DNA from: an uncultured Gemmatimonadales bacterium
Lineage (GTDB): Bacteria > Gemmatimonadota > Gemmatimonadetes > Gemmatimonadales > GWC2-71-9
Direction of reading: 5' to 3'
Length of the DNA stretch: 64,000 nucleotides
Assembly (NCBI GenBank): GCA_963798915.1
Contig: CAWCVB010000006.1
Coordinates: 320,001-384,000 of the forward strand
The position numbers and the translations under genes were made by a program. Positions 19,737-30,912 of the stretch are shown piece after piece. The notes under the pieces are model-generated. The model searched no databases. It saw only the letters and a list, made by a program, of their open reading frames with translations, and had not been told where the DNA came from. Positions within the stretch are counted from its first letter, which is position 1. Every line of letters starts with the position of its first letter.

Positions 19737-21677
19737 TCAGGGTGCGAGCGCACGGCTCCGCGTCCGATCCAGCACGCGAGCGATGAGATCGTCCACCGGA
19801 ATGATCTCCTGCTTGCGCCCGCTCCCGCGAACGCGAAGTGCCACCGTCCCCGCCTCCGCTTCCCGCTGGCCGATGACCGCCATGTACGGGACCTTCTGCA
19901 CCTCGCCCTCGCGAATGCGATAATTCAGCGTCTCGTGGCGGTCGTCCACGTGCGCCCGGATACCGTCGGCCTTGAGCCGGCGCAGCACTTCGTGCGCCCG
20001 CTCGGTCTCGCTTGCGCCAATTGGAATCAGCCTCACCTGCTCGGGCGCGAGCCATACCGGAAACGCCCCGGCGAAGTGCTCTATCAGGTTCCCGGTGAAG
20101 CGCTCCAGCGTCCCGAAGATGGCGCGGTGGATCATGACCGGCCGGTGCGGACGGTTGTCCGCGCCGGTGTATTCGAGTTCGAACCGCTCAGGCAGGTTGA
20201 AATCGAGCTGGATGGTCGGGCCTTGCCAGAGCCGGCCGATCGCATCCTTGAACTTGATGTCGATCTTGGGTCCATAGAACGCGCCGCCCCCCGCATCCAC
20301 TCGAAACGGGATGGACTTCCGTTCGAGAGCCCGGTGCAGGATGTCCTCCGCCTGATCCCAGATGTCGTCGCCGCCGAGCCGTTCCAGCGGTCGGGTGGAA
20401 ATCTCGAAGTCAAGTTCGAAGCCGAAGGTCTGGCGCACGATGCGGTCGACCTGATCGAGGCAGAGAAAGATTTCATCCTCGGCCTGGTCCAGCCGGCAAA
20501 AGATGTGCGCATCATCCATCGACAGCCCACGGACCCGGAGCAGGCCATGCAGTGTGCCACTGCGCTCGTTCCGGTACACGTTCGCCACTTCGCTGAGCCG
20601 CACCGGCAGATCGCGATAACTGCGCTGCTGGCTCTTGTAGATCAGACAGTGCATGGGGCAGTTCATCGGCTTCACGCGATAGCGCACGTCTTCCGACTCG
20701 CCCGCGCCGCTGGCCATCGGCGGAAACTGGTTCTCGGCGTACAGGGGCAGATGGCCCGAGATATGAAAGAGCTCCTCTCGAGTCACATTGGGGGTATAGA
20801 CGAGGTCGTAGCCCGACGCGACGTTGTCGTCTTCCACCGCGCGGGACAGCAGCCACTTCACCATGGCACCCTTCGGATGCCAGAGCACCAGGCCCGGGCC
20901 CACGATCTCGCTGATGGAGAAGAGGTCGAGCTGCTTGCCGATGACGCGATGATCGCGCTTGCGTGCCTCGTCCAGCCGGTGGAGGTAGGCGTCCAGATCC
21001 TCCTGGCGGAACCATGCGGTGCCGTAAATGCGCTGCAGCATCTGGCGCCGCTCGTCGCCGCGCCAGTAGGCGCCGGCCCCGTGGAGCAGCTTGAAATGGC
21101 GAAGGCGGCCGGTCGATGGCACATGCGGGCCGCGACACAGGTCGGTGAACGGACCATCGGTGTAGACGCTGATGGTCTCCCCATCCCCAAGCTCACGGAT
21201 TCGCTCCAGCTTGAGCGGATCGTCCGCGAAGCGCGCTTCCGCCTCGGGTCGGTCAACCACTGCCCGGGTAAAGGGATAGTCGGCTTTGACCACCTCGGCC
21301 ATGCGGGTTTCGATCCGCTCGAGGTCCTCGGGGGTGAAGGGACGCGGCACGTCGAAGTCGTAGTAGAATCCGTCCTCGATGGCGGGACCAAAGCCGATGC
21401 CGGCGCCGGGGAAGATCTCGCGTACGGCCGTGGCCAGCACGTGGGCGGCGGAGTGGCGCAGCAGCCCCAGGGCATCGGGATCCTTGTCCGTGACAATCGC
21501 GACGGCGGCGCCGTTGGGCAGTTCGCTGTCGAGGTCACGGATCGTGCCATCGACCCGCGCCGCCAACGCCGCCTTGGCCAGGCCCGGACCAATGCTCGCA
21601 GCCAGATCGCGTCCCGTGGCGCCCGTCGGCAGTTCCCGCTCGCTTCCGTCAGGAAGGGTGACGCGAATGCTGCTCAT
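19737..21677 (-). CDS. thrS: threonine--tRNA ligase
   Basis: TGS N-terminus, [28 protein letters not shown] and HRAIFG. Confidence 0.98.
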   Translation of the reverse strand: MSSIRVTLPDGSERELPTGATGRDLAASIGPGLAKAALAARVDGTIRDLDSELPNGAAVAIVTDKDPDALGLLRHSAAHVLATAVREIFPGAGIGFGPAIEDGFYYDFDVPRPFTPEDLERIETRMAEVVKADYPFTRAVVDRPEAEARFADDPLKLERIRELGDGETISVYTDGPFTDLCRGPHVPSTGRLRHFKLLHGAGAYWRGDERRQMLQRIYGTAWFRQEDLDAYLHRLDEARKRDHRVIGKQLDLFSISEIVGPGLVLWHPKGAMVKWLLSRAVEDDNVASGYDLVYTPNVTREELFHISGHLPLYAENQFPPMASGAGESEDVRYRVKPMNCPMHCLIYKSQQRSYRDLPVRLSEVANVYRNERSGTLHGLLRVRGLSMDDAHIFCRLDQAEDEIFLCLDQVDRIVRQTFGFELDFEISTRPLERLGGDDIWDQAEDILHRALERKSIPFRVDAGGGAFYGPKIDIKFKDAIGRLWQGPTIQLDFNLPERFELEYTGADNRPHRPVMIHRAIFGTLERFTGNLIEHFAGAFPVWLAPEQVRLIPIGASETERAHEVLRRLKADGIRAHVDDRHETLNYRIREGEVQKVPYMAVIGQREAEAGTVALRVRGSGRKQEIIPVDDLIARVLDRTRSRALAP

Positions 21678-21826
21678 GGCAATTGCTCCTGTGAGGCAGG
21701 CGTCACGACCGCCGGTGTCGACGGGGCCAGCACCAGGTACATGACCACGCCGACAATGATCAGACCGGCGACAACCAGCCACCGCAGCAGATCGGACAGG
21801 GGTACTTCCAGCCGCTCTTCAGCCAT
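21674..21826 (-). CDS. small single-TM protein (50 aa) coupled to thrS
   Basis: MAEERLEVPLSDLLRWLVVAGLIIVGVVMYLVLAP...; stop overlaps the thrS ATG (ATGA). Confidence 0.6.
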   Translation of the reverse strand: MAEERLEVPLSDLLRWLVVAGLIIVGVVMYLVLAPSTPAVVTPASQEQLP

Positions 21827-21949
21827 CAGCTCGTCCCGGATGCGGAAATAGGGTGGCGGAGGGTGTCTCAGCTCCAAGCAAAGCGTGTTAAACTTAACGC
21901 TGACCGAAACCAATTTGCACGAGGGACCGCGGTGCGCCGAAATGACTCG

Positions 21950-22369
21950 ATGTCTGTGGGAGAGATCGCCGGCTGGGGGGCTCTCGGGCTCGTCTCCGGC
22001 TTTCTCCTGGGAACCGCGCTCGGCGCCTGGGCGGGCGGGGTGACTCGAGAGCGGCTCGGCCGGGTCGCCCGTCGCCTGCGGCAACCCGTTGCCCTAGCGC
22101 CCCAATCCCTGGCGGCCACAGCAGCGGCCGCCTCGGAGGCGCTCGGCAGGGTGGCGTCACTGGCCGGGCTTCAGCTGGAGGCGCGTCCCATCGGCGTCCA
22201 TTCCGTGGAGCTTCGCGGGTGGGTGCCAGATCGGACTCAGCGCGCGCTCGCCGCCCGGACCATCCGGCAGCTGCCGGGCATCGAGACCGTCATCAACAGC
22301 ATCCTGGTGCGGGGCGAGGACGATCGTCCCGCCCAGGGCCCAATCCTGCCCGCCAACCAGACGGCATGA
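21950..22369 (+). CDS. BON domain membrane protein
   Basis: N-terminal TM; VELRGWVP...LPGIETVINSI BON-like motif; ATGA overlap with valS. Confidence 0.75.
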   Translation: MSVGEIAGWGALGLVSGFLLGTALGAWAGGVTRERLGRVARRLRQPVALAPQSLAATAAAASEALGRVASLAGLQLEARPIGVHSVELRGWVPDRTQRALAARTIRQLPGIETVINSILVRGEDDRPAQGPILPANQTA

Positions 22370-25044
22370 GCGCGCCGCTCGCTCCGCAGTACGATCCCAA
22401 GGATATCGAAGCCCGGACCTACCAACGCTGGTCGGCCCGCGGGCTCTTTGCGCCGGAAGTCCGGCCGGACGGAGTACCATACGTGGTCATGATGCCGCCG
22501 CCCAATGTGACGGCGCAGCTTCACATGGGGCACGGCCTCAACAATGCGGTGCAGGACGCGATTATCCGATTTGAGCGAATGCGCGGCCGCCGCACCCTCT
22601 GGCTCCCTGGTACGGATCACGCCGGGATCGCTACCCAGAACGTCGTGGAACGCCTGGTCGCCGCGGAGGGATTCAGCCGTTTCGACCTCGGTCGCGAGAC
22701 CTTCGTCCAGCGCGTCTGGGAGTATGTCCGGGATACCGGGTCGACCATCCTGGATCAACTCCGGGCGCTCGGCGCAAGCTGCGACTGGTCGCGTACGTAC
22801 TTCACGCTGGACGAGGGATTGTCGCGCGCGGTGCGCGAGGCCTTCGTCCGGCTGTTTGAGAAGGGGCTCATCTACCGGGGCCACTACATCATCAACTGGT
22901 GCCCGCGCTGCCTGACGGCGCTGTCCAATGAGGAGGCGGAAAAGCACGAAGGTCCTGGCAAGCTATGGCACCTGCGCTATCCCCTCGCGAGCGGCGGTCA
23001 TGTGGTGGTGGCGACGACCCGCCCGGAGACGATGCTCGGTGATACCGGCATCGCTGTACATCCCGGGGACGCTCGTTACGCCGGCCTGATCGGCGCCGAA
23101 GTGCTCCTGCCGATCACCGGACGCCGCATTCCGGTGATCGCTGACGACGCGGTGGATCCCGCATTCGGCACGGGTGCGGTCAAGGTCACACCGGCTCACG
23201 ACGCGACGGATTTCGAGATCGGCCGACGTGCCGGGCTGGACACGATCGACCTGATGACCCCCGATGCTCGGATGAACGACCAGGTGCCCGAGCGGTTTCG
23301 CGGGATGGACCGGTATGAGGCACGCCGCGAGGTGGTGGCGGAATTTGAACGGCTCGGCCTGCTCGACGGCGTGGAGGATCACGTGCACGCCGTCGCCCGC
23401 TGCTATCGCTGCGAGACCATCGTGGAGCCCCGGCTCTCGGACCAATGGTTCGTGCGGATGGCGCCACTGGCGCGTCCCGCGCTCACTGCCTACCGCGACG
23501 GGCGCCTGCGGTTCATTCCCGAACGACGAGGCGAGGACTACGCGCAGTGGATGGAGAACATCCGGGACTGGTGCATCTCCCGCCAGCTCTGGTGGGGCCA
23601 CCGCATCCCCGTCTGGTACTGCATGGACGAGACCTGCGGTCAGGTGGCCGCGAGCCGGACCGACCTGCGGTGCTGTCCAGCCTGCGGCGCGGACGTGCGC
23701 CAGGACGACGATGTGCTGGACACCTGGTTTTCCTCCTGGCTGGTGCCGTTCTCCTCCCTCGGCTGGCCCGATGCAACGGCCGACCTCGCCACCTACTACC
23801 CCGGCAACACCCTGGCCACTGCGCCGGAGATCATCTTCTTCTGGGTCTCGCGGATGATCATGGCCGGCTGCGAGTTCATGGGAGATGTGCCCTTCAGCAC
23901 GATCTACCTCCACGGCACGGTACGCGACACCCAGCACCGGAAGATGTCCAAGTCGCTCGGCAATGGCATCGATCCGCTTGACGTGATCGAACGCTTTGGC
24001 GCCGACGCACTGCGCTACGTCCTCCTGTCGGGCATGGCGGTCGGGACGGACGTGATCCTGGATCCGTCCGATCTCGAGACATCGTTCGCGCCGGGCCGCA
24101 ATTTTGCGAACAAGCTATGGAATGCCGGGCGGTTCATCCTGGCCAACCTCGACGGCCCGACCCGGCCCATCGCGGGAGAACATCCGGAGACGATCCGGCG
24201 GCACGAGTTCACGCTTGCCGATCGCTGGATCATCGCCCGCTGCGATGCGACCGTGCGCGAGGCCACGGCGGCGTACGAGAAGTTTCGGTTGAATGAGGCG
24301 GCGGGCGCGATTTATCACTTCATCTGGTCCGATCTCGCAGACTGGTACATCGAACAGATCAAGCCGCGCCTGTACGGGGACCAGCCCGGTGGCGACGTGG
24401 CGCGTGCGGTCGCCGTCCGCACCTTCGACGTTGCGCTGCGATTGCTGCACCCGATCATGCCGTTCATCACGGAAGCGCTGTGGAGCCAGCTCCCGGAGCG
24501 TCGTGCGGACGACACCATTCTACTTGCACGCTGGCCGCAGCCCGACTCTCGTGCAATGGACCCTTCGGCGGAGCACGCCTTCGGCCTGGTCCAGCAAGTT
24601 GTCACCGCCATTCGGCAGATCCGCGCCGAATACGGGGTGGCGCCCGGAACCGGCATCGCCGTCCGGGTGCTGGCCGCGACTGCCTCGGTGCAGCGTGCCT
24701 TGGAATCGGAGCGCACCACCATCATGCGATTGGCCAAGGTGAACGAGCTCAGCTTTGGCGCGGCGAGCGACGAAGCCGGCGGCCACGCCGTGCTCGACGA
24801 CGGGACGTCGGTGTTTATTCCGCTCGGCCGGGCGATCGATCTGGAGCGGGAATGCGCCCGCCTCGGGACCGAGGTCGCGCGCCTGGAGACGTTGCTGGTG
24901 CAACAGGAACGCAAACTCGGGAACGAGCAGTTCGTGAGCCGTGCGCCCGCGCCTGTGGTGGAGAATGAGCGCCGGAAGCTCACGTCGTGGCAGGAGCAGG
25001 TGGAGTCGCTGCAGGACAAGCGAAGGCTGCTCGGATGCCGTTGA
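22366..25044 (+). CDS. valS: valine--tRNA ligase
   Basis: PPPNVT..LHMGH, DHAGIATQ, DWCISRQLWWGH, KMSKS and C-terminal coiled coil. Confidence 0.98.
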   Translation: MSAPLAPQYDPKDIEARTYQRWSARGLFAPEVRPDGVPYVVMMPPPNVTAQLHMGHGLNNAVQDAIIRFERMRGRRTLWLPGTDHAGIATQNVVERLVAAEGFSRFDLGRETFVQRVWEYVRDTGSTILDQLRALGASCDWSRTYFTLDEGLSRAVREAFVRLFEKGLIYRGHYIINWCPRCLTALSNEEAEKHEGPGKLWHLRYPLASGGHVVVATTRPETMLGDTGIAVHPGDARYAGLIGAEVLLPITGRRIPVIADDAVDPAFGTGAVKVTPAHDATDFEIGRRAGLDTIDLMTPDARMNDQVPERFRGMDRYEARREVVAEFERLGLLDGVEDHVHAVARCYRCETIVEPRLSDQWFVRMAPLARPALTAYRDGRLRFIPERRGEDYAQWMENIRDWCISRQLWWGHRIPVWYCMDETCGQVAASRTDLRCCPACGADVRQDDDVLDTWFSSWLVPFSSLGWPDATADLATYYPGNTLATAPEIIFFWVSRMIMAGCEFMGDVPFSTIYLHGTVRDTQHRKMSKSLGNGIDPLDVIERFGADALRYVLLSGMAVGTDVILDPSDLETSFAPGRNFANKLWNAGRFILANLDGPTRPIAGEHPETIRRHEFTLADRWIIARCDATVREATAAYEKFRLNEAAGAIYHFIWSDLADWYIEQIKPRLYGDQPGGDVARAVAVRTFDVALRLLHPIMPFITEALWSQLPERRADDTILLARWPQPDSRAMDPSAEHAFGLVQQVVTAIRQIRAEYGVAPGTGIAVRVLAATASVQRALESERTTIMRLAKVNELSFGAASDEAGGHAVLDDGTSVFIPLGRAIDLERECARLGTEVARLETLLVQQERKLGNEQFVSRAPAPVVENERRKLTSWQEQVESLQDKRRLLGCR

Positions 25045-26276
25045 GCAGGTTAGGCCTCGTGCTGGCGCTCGTCCTGGCATCATGCGCCAGGATCGAGCCG
25101 CCGCCGGGTGGTCCGCCTGACACCGCCCCGCCACGCCTGATCGGCGAGTACCCCGAATCGCTGGCCTCGCTCCCCGGCTTCGATGGCAATGTCGAGTTTC
25201 GCTTTGATGAGGTTGTCTCGGAAGGTTCGACGCCGAGCACCGGCAGCGGCACCGGCGATCTGGAGCGACTTGTCATCCTGTCGCCCAGCAATCGGGTGCC
25301 CGATGTGAGCTGGAAACGCTCGCGCATAACGGTGCGACCCGCGGAGGGATGGCAGCCCGGTCGCTTCTACCGGGTAGAGCTGCTGCCCGGCGTGGTCGAT
25401 CTGCGCAACAACCGCTCGACGTCGGCGCGAGCCGTCGTCGCCTTCACCACCGGCGGGCCACTCCCGGTGGACACGCTCCGTGGTCGGATCGTCGACTGGA
25501 CGACCGGCCAGCCAGTGCCTCGCGGCCTGATCGAGGCGATACTCCTCCCTGACAGCCTGCCCTACCGCTTTCGCTCGGATTCGGCCGGGACGTTTGTGGT
25601 GACTCCGCTGCCATCGGGCCGCTACGTCATCTACGGTGCCATTGACCAGAACAACAATAGCCGTCGGGACCTGCGGGAGGCCTACGACTCAGCGTCAGCC
25701 GCATCCAACGGTCCGGTCATCACTCTTTGGACCTTCCCGCACGACACAAATCCCCCCAGGATCCAGCAAGCAACCCCACGCGACAGTCAGGCGGTCGACC
25801 TCCAATTCAGCCAACCGCTCGACCCCGACCAGCGGCTCGATACCAGCCGAGCGGTCGTGCGGCACCTCCCCGACTCGGCACGAGTCGGGGTGAGCCTGCT
25901 CACGACATCGGCTGCCTACGACAGCATCAGGCAGGCCGCGCGCACGGATAGCGCCGCCCCTGGCATTGCCCCGGCCGTCGCTCCCGCCGTGGCTCCTCGC
26001 GTCGGCGACACACTCAAGCGCAGGCCGACTCTCAGCAATCGACTCGTGCTGGTGCTCGCCGCGCCCATGGACACTGCCGGACAATACCTGCTCACCATCG
26101 ACAGCGTCCGGAACGTGACCGGCGTGGCTGCGACGGTGCACGGCGTATTCTCCGCGCCGAAACCACTGCCAGCCAGGCTCGCCGAGCCGCTCAAGGAAGA
26201 TTCGCTTCCGGCTGATTCAGCACGCGTGCAGCCTGACAGCGCCGGCACCAGGCCGGTGCAGCCCCCACGCCGGTGA
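25035..26276 (+). CDS. Ig-like domain lipoprotein
   Basis: Lipobox LASC followed by PPPGGPPDTAPP; beta-sandwich-like segments. Confidence 0.75.
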   Translation: MPLSRLGLVLALVLASCARIEPPPGGPPDTAPPRLIGEYPESLASLPGFDGNVEFRFDEVVSEGSTPSTGSGTGDLERLVILSPSNRVPDVSWKRSRITVRPAEGWQPGRFYRVELLPGVVDLRNNRSTSARAVVAFTTGGPLPVDTLRGRIVDWTTGQPVPRGLIEAILLPDSLPYRFRSDSAGTFVVTPLPSGRYVIYGAIDQNNNSRRDLREAYDSASAASNGPVITLWTFPHDTNPPRIQQATPRDSQAVDLQFSQPLDPDQRLDTSRAVVRHLPDSARVGVSLLTTSAAYDSIRQAARTDSAAPGIAPAVAPAVAPRVGDTLKRRPTLSNRLVLVLAAPMDTAGQYLLTIDSVRNVTGVAATVHGVFSAPKPLPARLAEPLKEDSLPADSARVQPDSAGTRPVQPPRR

Positions 26277-27631
26277 GCGACAGTGCTCGGCGGCCACCCT
26301 CCGTCGAACGCCTGCTGGCGGAACCTGCCATACAGTCGCGCTTCGCCGGGATCGATAGGGCCCGACTGGTTCGTGCCGCGCGAGCGGCCGTCGAGTCGGG
26401 ACGGCGAAGCCGGGACATCGCTGCGCGCGATTGGAGCGAGGAGATAGCGACCCAGCTACGTGGCGACGCCGCGGGGGACCTCCGGCCAGTGATCAACGCC
26501 ACCGGTGTCGTCCTGCACACCAACCTGGGCAGGGCTCCTCTGGCAGCGACCGCCATGGAGGCGCTCAGCCGGATCGCATCGGGATATTCCACCTTGGAGT
26601 ACGATCTCGGGAGCGGGGTCCGTGGCACGCGCGGCCTCGCCTGTCAGGCGGCCCTGGCTCGGTTGGGAGGTGCCGAGGCTTCACTGGTCGTGAACAATGC
26701 GGCGGCGGGCCTGCTCCTCGCGCTCAATACCCTGGCCCCTGGGAAGCAGGTTGCCATTTCGCGCGGCGAATTGATTGAAATCGGCGGCTCGTTCAGGGTA
26801 CCCGAGATCGCGGAGCGCAGTTCGGCCCAGCTGCTCGAAACCGGCACAACCAACCGGACCCACCTGGCGGACTATGAGTCCGCGTTGCGTGCGGGCGCCG
26901 AAGCGGTGCTGATCGTCCACCGATCGAATTTTGAGCAGCGCGGCTTCGTGTCGACGCCCCAGCCACGAGAGATCGCCCAACTCGCGGCGGCAGCCAATGT
27001 TCCGGTCATCTACGATATAGGCGGCGGCCTCGGCATCAACCTTGAGCGCTGGGGGCTTTCCGGTGAACCGACGCTGCAGGAGGCCGTCGCGTCCGGCGCG
27101 AGCGTGGTCGTCGCCAGTGGCGACAAGCTCCTGGGCGGGCCGCAGGCTGGGCTCGTGCTAGGCAGCGTCGCGCTGGTGGAGCGAATGCGCCGCAATCCGC
27201 TGGCACGGGCAGTGCGCGCCGATAAGTTGAGCCTGGCCGCACTGGGAGCGACGCTCGAGCTCTATGATGACGAGGTGCGCGCGCTCCGCGAGATACCGGT
27301 GCTGGCCATGCTCACTGCGGCGCCGGAGGAGTTGGCGCAACGCGCCACGCGGCTGGCTGAGGCATGTGGCGCATTCGCGACTGTGACCCTGAAGGATGCA
27401 TGGTCTGCGGTTGGTGGCGGCGCCTTTCCGGGCGCGCGGCTGGCCACCACGGTCGTCTCGGTGTCGCCCGGGCTGCTTGGCGCCGAGGCCATCGCCCTTC
27501 GACTGCGCCTCGGCGCCGTCCCGGTGATTGCTCGCGTCAGGGACGGTGCCATCCTGCTCGACCCCAGGACTTTCAGCGATGAGGTCGTGCCCGTTGTCGT
27601 CGAAATGCTGGCAGCGGCGCTCGCTGAATAG
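26273..27631 (+). CDS. selA: L-seryl-tRNA(Sec) selenium transferase
   Basis: VINATGVVLHTNLGRA, VNNAAA, EIGGSFR, GTTNRT and SGDKLLGGPQAG. Confidence 0.95.
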   Translation: MSDSARRPPSVERLLAEPAIQSRFAGIDRARLVRAARAAVESGRRSRDIAARDWSEEIATQLRGDAAGDLRPVINATGVVLHTNLGRAPLAATAMEALSRIASGYSTLEYDLGSGVRGTRGLACQAALARLGGAEASLVVNNAAAGLLLALNTLAPGKQVAISRGELIEIGGSFRVPEIAERSSAQLLETGTTNRTHLADYESALRAGAEAVLIVHRSNFEQRGFVSTPQPREIAQLAAAANVPVIYDIGGGLGINLERWGLSGEPTLQEAVASGASVVVASGDKLLGGPQAGLVLGSVALVERMRRNPLARAVRADKLSLAALGATLELYDDEVRALREIPVLAMLTAAPEELAQRATRLAEACGAFATVTLKDAWSAVGGGAFPGARLATTVVSVSPGLLGAEAIALRLRLGAVPVIARVRDGAILLDPRTFSDEVVPVVVEMLAAALAE

Positions 27632-27636
27632 GCGCC

Positions 27637-28473
27637 TCAGTAGGTGAAGGTTCCCACCTGCTTGTCCGGATTCGCGTCAAACGCCCCGACGAACGCTCCC
27701 GTGATGACCTGGGGCTGGTGGCCGGCGATCGAGACGGTTACAACGTAATCGGACCTCGCGACCCCGCAGTCGTCGTGATAGGCCAGCACCACCTTATAGT
27801 CGCCATGGGGTGCCTTGCCGGCCGGCCAGACCACGTTCTCGCTGTTGGCCCCGTCGATGGTGCAGCCTGCATTCGAATCCAGATCGAGCGCGCCGCCGCT
27901 GGCGGAAGTCGGATTGCCGAAGTAGACCAGCTCGCCATTCGGATCGGTCACCCGGATGTCCACGTCGCTCGCTCCGGTCCAGCTGACGCTGACCTGCACA
28001 TCGCCGGTGCCCACGTGATGAATCGTCAGGTCCTGCGACGCCGACGGACTGATGTCCGATCCCGATCCCACGGACACCCGGAGCGAGAGCTCGGCGGCGT
28101 CGGCACCCTGCGCAATTCCGAGCACCAGTCCCTGAGCGGCGGACGAGGGCAATGTCAGCTGGTAGTATCCGTCGAGTCCATTCCCACTCACCAGCACCGT
28201 GGTGAACTCTGATGCCGCCGAGACGGTCAGGAGCGCCGTTCCGCCATTGACGACGGAGCCCGTCCCCGCCGTTGAGGGTGCGGCACCGCCGTCGGCCGCA
28301 GGCGGCGCTCCGGTGTGATACGTGGCGACGGTCGTTCCGTCGCTGGTGGCGACCCGCGTGACCAGGTCGCCAAGGTCGCCCTGCGGGCCCAGCGCCGATG
28401 GCGCCTCGCAGCCGATCATGGCCAGCGAGGCAGTGATGGCCAGAATGGATCGCAGGAGCGTCGGCCGGATCAT
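27637..28473 (-). CDS. YfaP/DUF2135-like lipoprotein
   Basis: Lipobox-like MIGC; VSVSW...DVDIRVTDPNGE...LDLDSN...ENVVW. Confidence 0.7.
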   Translation of the reverse strand: MIRPTLLRSILAITASLAMIGCEAPSALGPQGDLGDLVTRVATSDGTTVATYHTGAPPAADGGAAPSTAGTGSVVNGGTALLTVSAASEFTTVLVSGNGLDGYYQLTLPSSAAQGLVLGIAQGADAAELSLRVSVGSGSDISPSASQDLTIHHVGTGDVQVSVSWTGASDVDIRVTDPNGELVYFGNPTSASGGALDLDSNAGCTIDGANSENVVWPAGKAPHGDYKVVLAYHDDCGVARSDYVVTVSIAGHQPQVITGAFVGAFDANPDKQVGTFTY

Positions 28474-28681
28474 CACGTGCATCCTCTGTATCATGAGGCG
28501 GAAGAGTGAACGGTGCACTCGCGCGAAAGGCAATGACCGTACCAGTCCGTCCTGTCGGCCTGGCGCCCTGCAGCGGCCCCTTGCGGGCGACAGCGGATCC
28601 GCCCGCTTGTCATTCCGCAATGCCGTAGGGCACGATGCCACGTGCTATGCGAAATTCCGGTCCTCCGTTACTTTTGCGCCC

Positions 28682-29269
28682 ATGCCGATGCGGGTAGCCG
28701 TCTGTGTGTCGGGTGGCGGGAGCAACCTTGGCGCCCTTCTCGAGGCCTTCAGCTCGCCAGGTGATGTCGCGGAAATCGCGCTGGTGCTCAGTGACCGCCC
28801 AGCCGCCGGCGGACTCGAGCGGGCGCGGATGCGCAACATTCCGGCCTCCGTCCTGAAGGACCCCTCCGATGGCGATGAATGGTTGCGCCAGCTGGAAGAC
28901 TTGGAGATCGACCTGATCGTACTGGCGGGTTATCTCAAGCAGGTTCCAGTGGCGGTCGTTGAGCGGTTTCGCGGGCGTATGATCAATATCCACCCTGCTC
29001 TGCTGCCTGCTTTTGGGGGGCGGGGCATGTACGGACGCCGGGTCCACGCCGCCGTTCTCGCGAGCGGGGCATCGGAGTCGGGCTGCACCGTCCACCTCGT
29101 AGATGAGGAGTACGACCGCGGGCCGATTCTGGCCCAGGCGCGGGTCGCGGTGGAGCCCGACGATACGCCCGACACGCTCGCGGCCCGGGTACTCGCCGCC
29201 GAGCACCAACTTCTGCCCGCAGTCGTGCGGGAGGCGGCGCGCCGAGGGCGTCCGGTGCCGCTCCGTTGA
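28682..29269 (+). CDS. purN: phosphoribosylglycinamide formyltransferase
   Basis: SGGGSNL, LAGYL, INIHPALLP and GCTVHLVDEEYDRGPI. Confidence 0.96.
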   Translation: MPMRVAVCVSGGGSNLGALLEAFSSPGDVAEIALVLSDRPAAGGLERARMRNIPASVLKDPSDGDEWLRQLEDLEIDLIVLAGYLKQVPVAVVERFRGRMINIHPALLPAFGGRGMYGRRVHAAVLASGASESGCTVHLVDEEYDRGPILAQARVAVEPDDTPDTLAARVLAAEHQLLPAVVREAARRGRPVPLR

Positions 29270-29309
29270 AACTGCCTGAACGCCTGGAAACGAAGGTACC
29301 TCGACCGTC

Positions 29310-30839
29310 ATGCCCAGGGCTCTCCTGTCGGTAAGCGACAAGCGCGGAATTGTCCCATTTGGCGAGGGCCTGGTCCGGCTCGGATGGGAGCTCATTTCCA
29401 CCGGCGGCACCGCGACCGCCCTCCGCCAGGCGGGAGTTCCGGTTCTCGGCGTGGAGGAAGTGACCGGATTCCCCGAAATCCTCGATGGCCGCGTCAAGAC
29501 GCTGCATCCGAAGATTCACGGAGGGCTGCTGGCACGGCGCGATGCGCCGGCACATGGAGCTGCGCTCACGCAGCACGGCATCGTCCCCATCGACCTGCTG
29601 GCGGTCAACCTGTATCCGTTTCAGGCCACCATCGCCCGGACCGATGTCGCGATGGAAGACGCCATCGAGAATATCGACATTGGCGGTCCCTCAATGCTCC
29701 GGTCGGCGGCCAAGAACTACGAATGGACCATCCCCGTGGTGGACCCGACCGACTACGGCGTGATTCTCGAACACCTCTCGCAAGGGGCGCTGCCAGACGG
29801 TCTGCGCCAGGAACTCGCCGCCAAGGTCTTTGCCCATACCTCGGACTACGACGCCGCCATCGCTCGCTTTCTTACGTCACCGGAGGACGGACTGCCGGCG
29901 CGGATTGGGCTTGCCATGGAGCGCGTCCAGGTCCTGCGCTATGGTGAGAACCCTTCGCAGCGCGCAGCCTTGTACGTCACCGAGGAACCGCGCGGGATGC
30001 GCGACCTGACGCAGCGCCAGGGCAAGGAATTGTCGTTCAACAACCTGCTTGACCTGGACGCCGCCATGACGGCGGCAGCCTGCTGGACCAACCGACCCGC
30101 GTGCGCCGTGATCAAGCACACCACACCGTGCGGCATCGCCCTCGGCGTGTCTGCGGCCGACGCCTTCGAACGCGCTCGATCGACCGATCCGGTGTCAGCC
30201 TACGGTTCGGTCGTTGCATTCAATACCGTTGTGGATGCGGCTACCGCGACGGCCATGAGTGACCTGTTCATCGAAGTGGTCGTCGCGCCCTCCTTTCATG
30301 AGGAGGCGCTGCAGCGTTTTGCGGCCAAGAAGAACCTGCGGGTCGTTGAGCTGCCCGTGGCACGCCCCGCAGGTGCCCTTGATTTCAAGCGAGTTCGCGG
30401 GGGATTCCTCGTCCAGGATGCGTTCGCGTACAATCCCGCCGAGCGGTCGTGGCAGGTGGCGACAACCCGGGCGCCGAGCGAACAGGAATGGAACGACCTG
30501 CGGTTTGCCTGGGCGGCCGTCGCGAACGTCAAGTCCAATGCCATCCTGCTTGCTCGCGACGAGATGGCGATCGGCATCGGCGCTGGCCAGATGAGCCGGG
30601 TTGACGCCGCCTTCCTCGCGGTGCACAAGGCCCGTGACCAGGGCCACGAGACTCGCGGGGCAGTGCTCGCGAGCGACGCCTACTTTCCGTTTGCGGATGG
30701 TATCGAGCAGGCCGCCGGGGCGGGAATCACTGCGGTGATCCAACCGGGCGGGTCCATACGCGATCCCGAGGTCATCGCTGCTGCCGACCGGCATGGCATC
30801 GCCATGGTCATGACGGGGGCACGGCAGTTCAGGCATTAG
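29310..30839 (+). CDS. purH: AICAR formyltransferase/IMP cyclohydrolase
   Basis: [29 protein letters not shown] and IQPGGS. Confidence 0.98.
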   Translation: MPRALLSVSDKRGIVPFGEGLVRLGWELISTGGTATALRQAGVPVLGVEEVTGFPEILDGRVKTLHPKIHGGLLARRDAPAHGAALTQHGIVPIDLLAVNLYPFQATIARTDVAMEDAIENIDIGGPSMLRSAAKNYEWTIPVVDPTDYGVILEHLSQGALPDGLRQELAAKVFAHTSDYDAAIARFLTSPEDGLPARIGLAMERVQVLRYGENPSQRAALYVTEEPRGMRDLTQRQGKELSFNNLLDLDAAMTAAACWTNRPACAVIKHTTPCGIALGVSAADAFERARSTDPVSAYGSVVAFNTVVDAATATAMSDLFIEVVVAPSFHEEALQRFAAKKNLRVVELPVARPAGALDFKRVRGGFLVQDAFAYNPAERSWQVATTRAPSEQEWNDLRFAWAAVANVKSNAILLARDEMAIGIGAGQMSRVDAAFLAVHKARDQGHETRGAVLASDAYFPFADGIEQAAGAGITAVIQPGGSIRDPEVIAAADRHGIAMVMTGARQFRH

Positions 30840-30912
30840 CGTCGGGGCATGCGCCGCGGGTCCGGCGCCCGGCCTTCGCCGCGTTACGTCGACGCAATCG
30901 ATTGGAGCCTGT

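Noticed and set aside
19494..21851. 785-aa plus-strand ORF and other long antisense ORFs (e.g. 13263..14822, 45014..46468, 49785..51200)
   Set aside because: Shadow ORFs opposite well-supported genes, expected with high GC3; no motifs.
28474..28681. ZMP/ZTP or purine riboswitch upstream of purN-purH
   Set aside because: I could not find the consensus elements by eye. An Infernal/Rfam scan would settle it.
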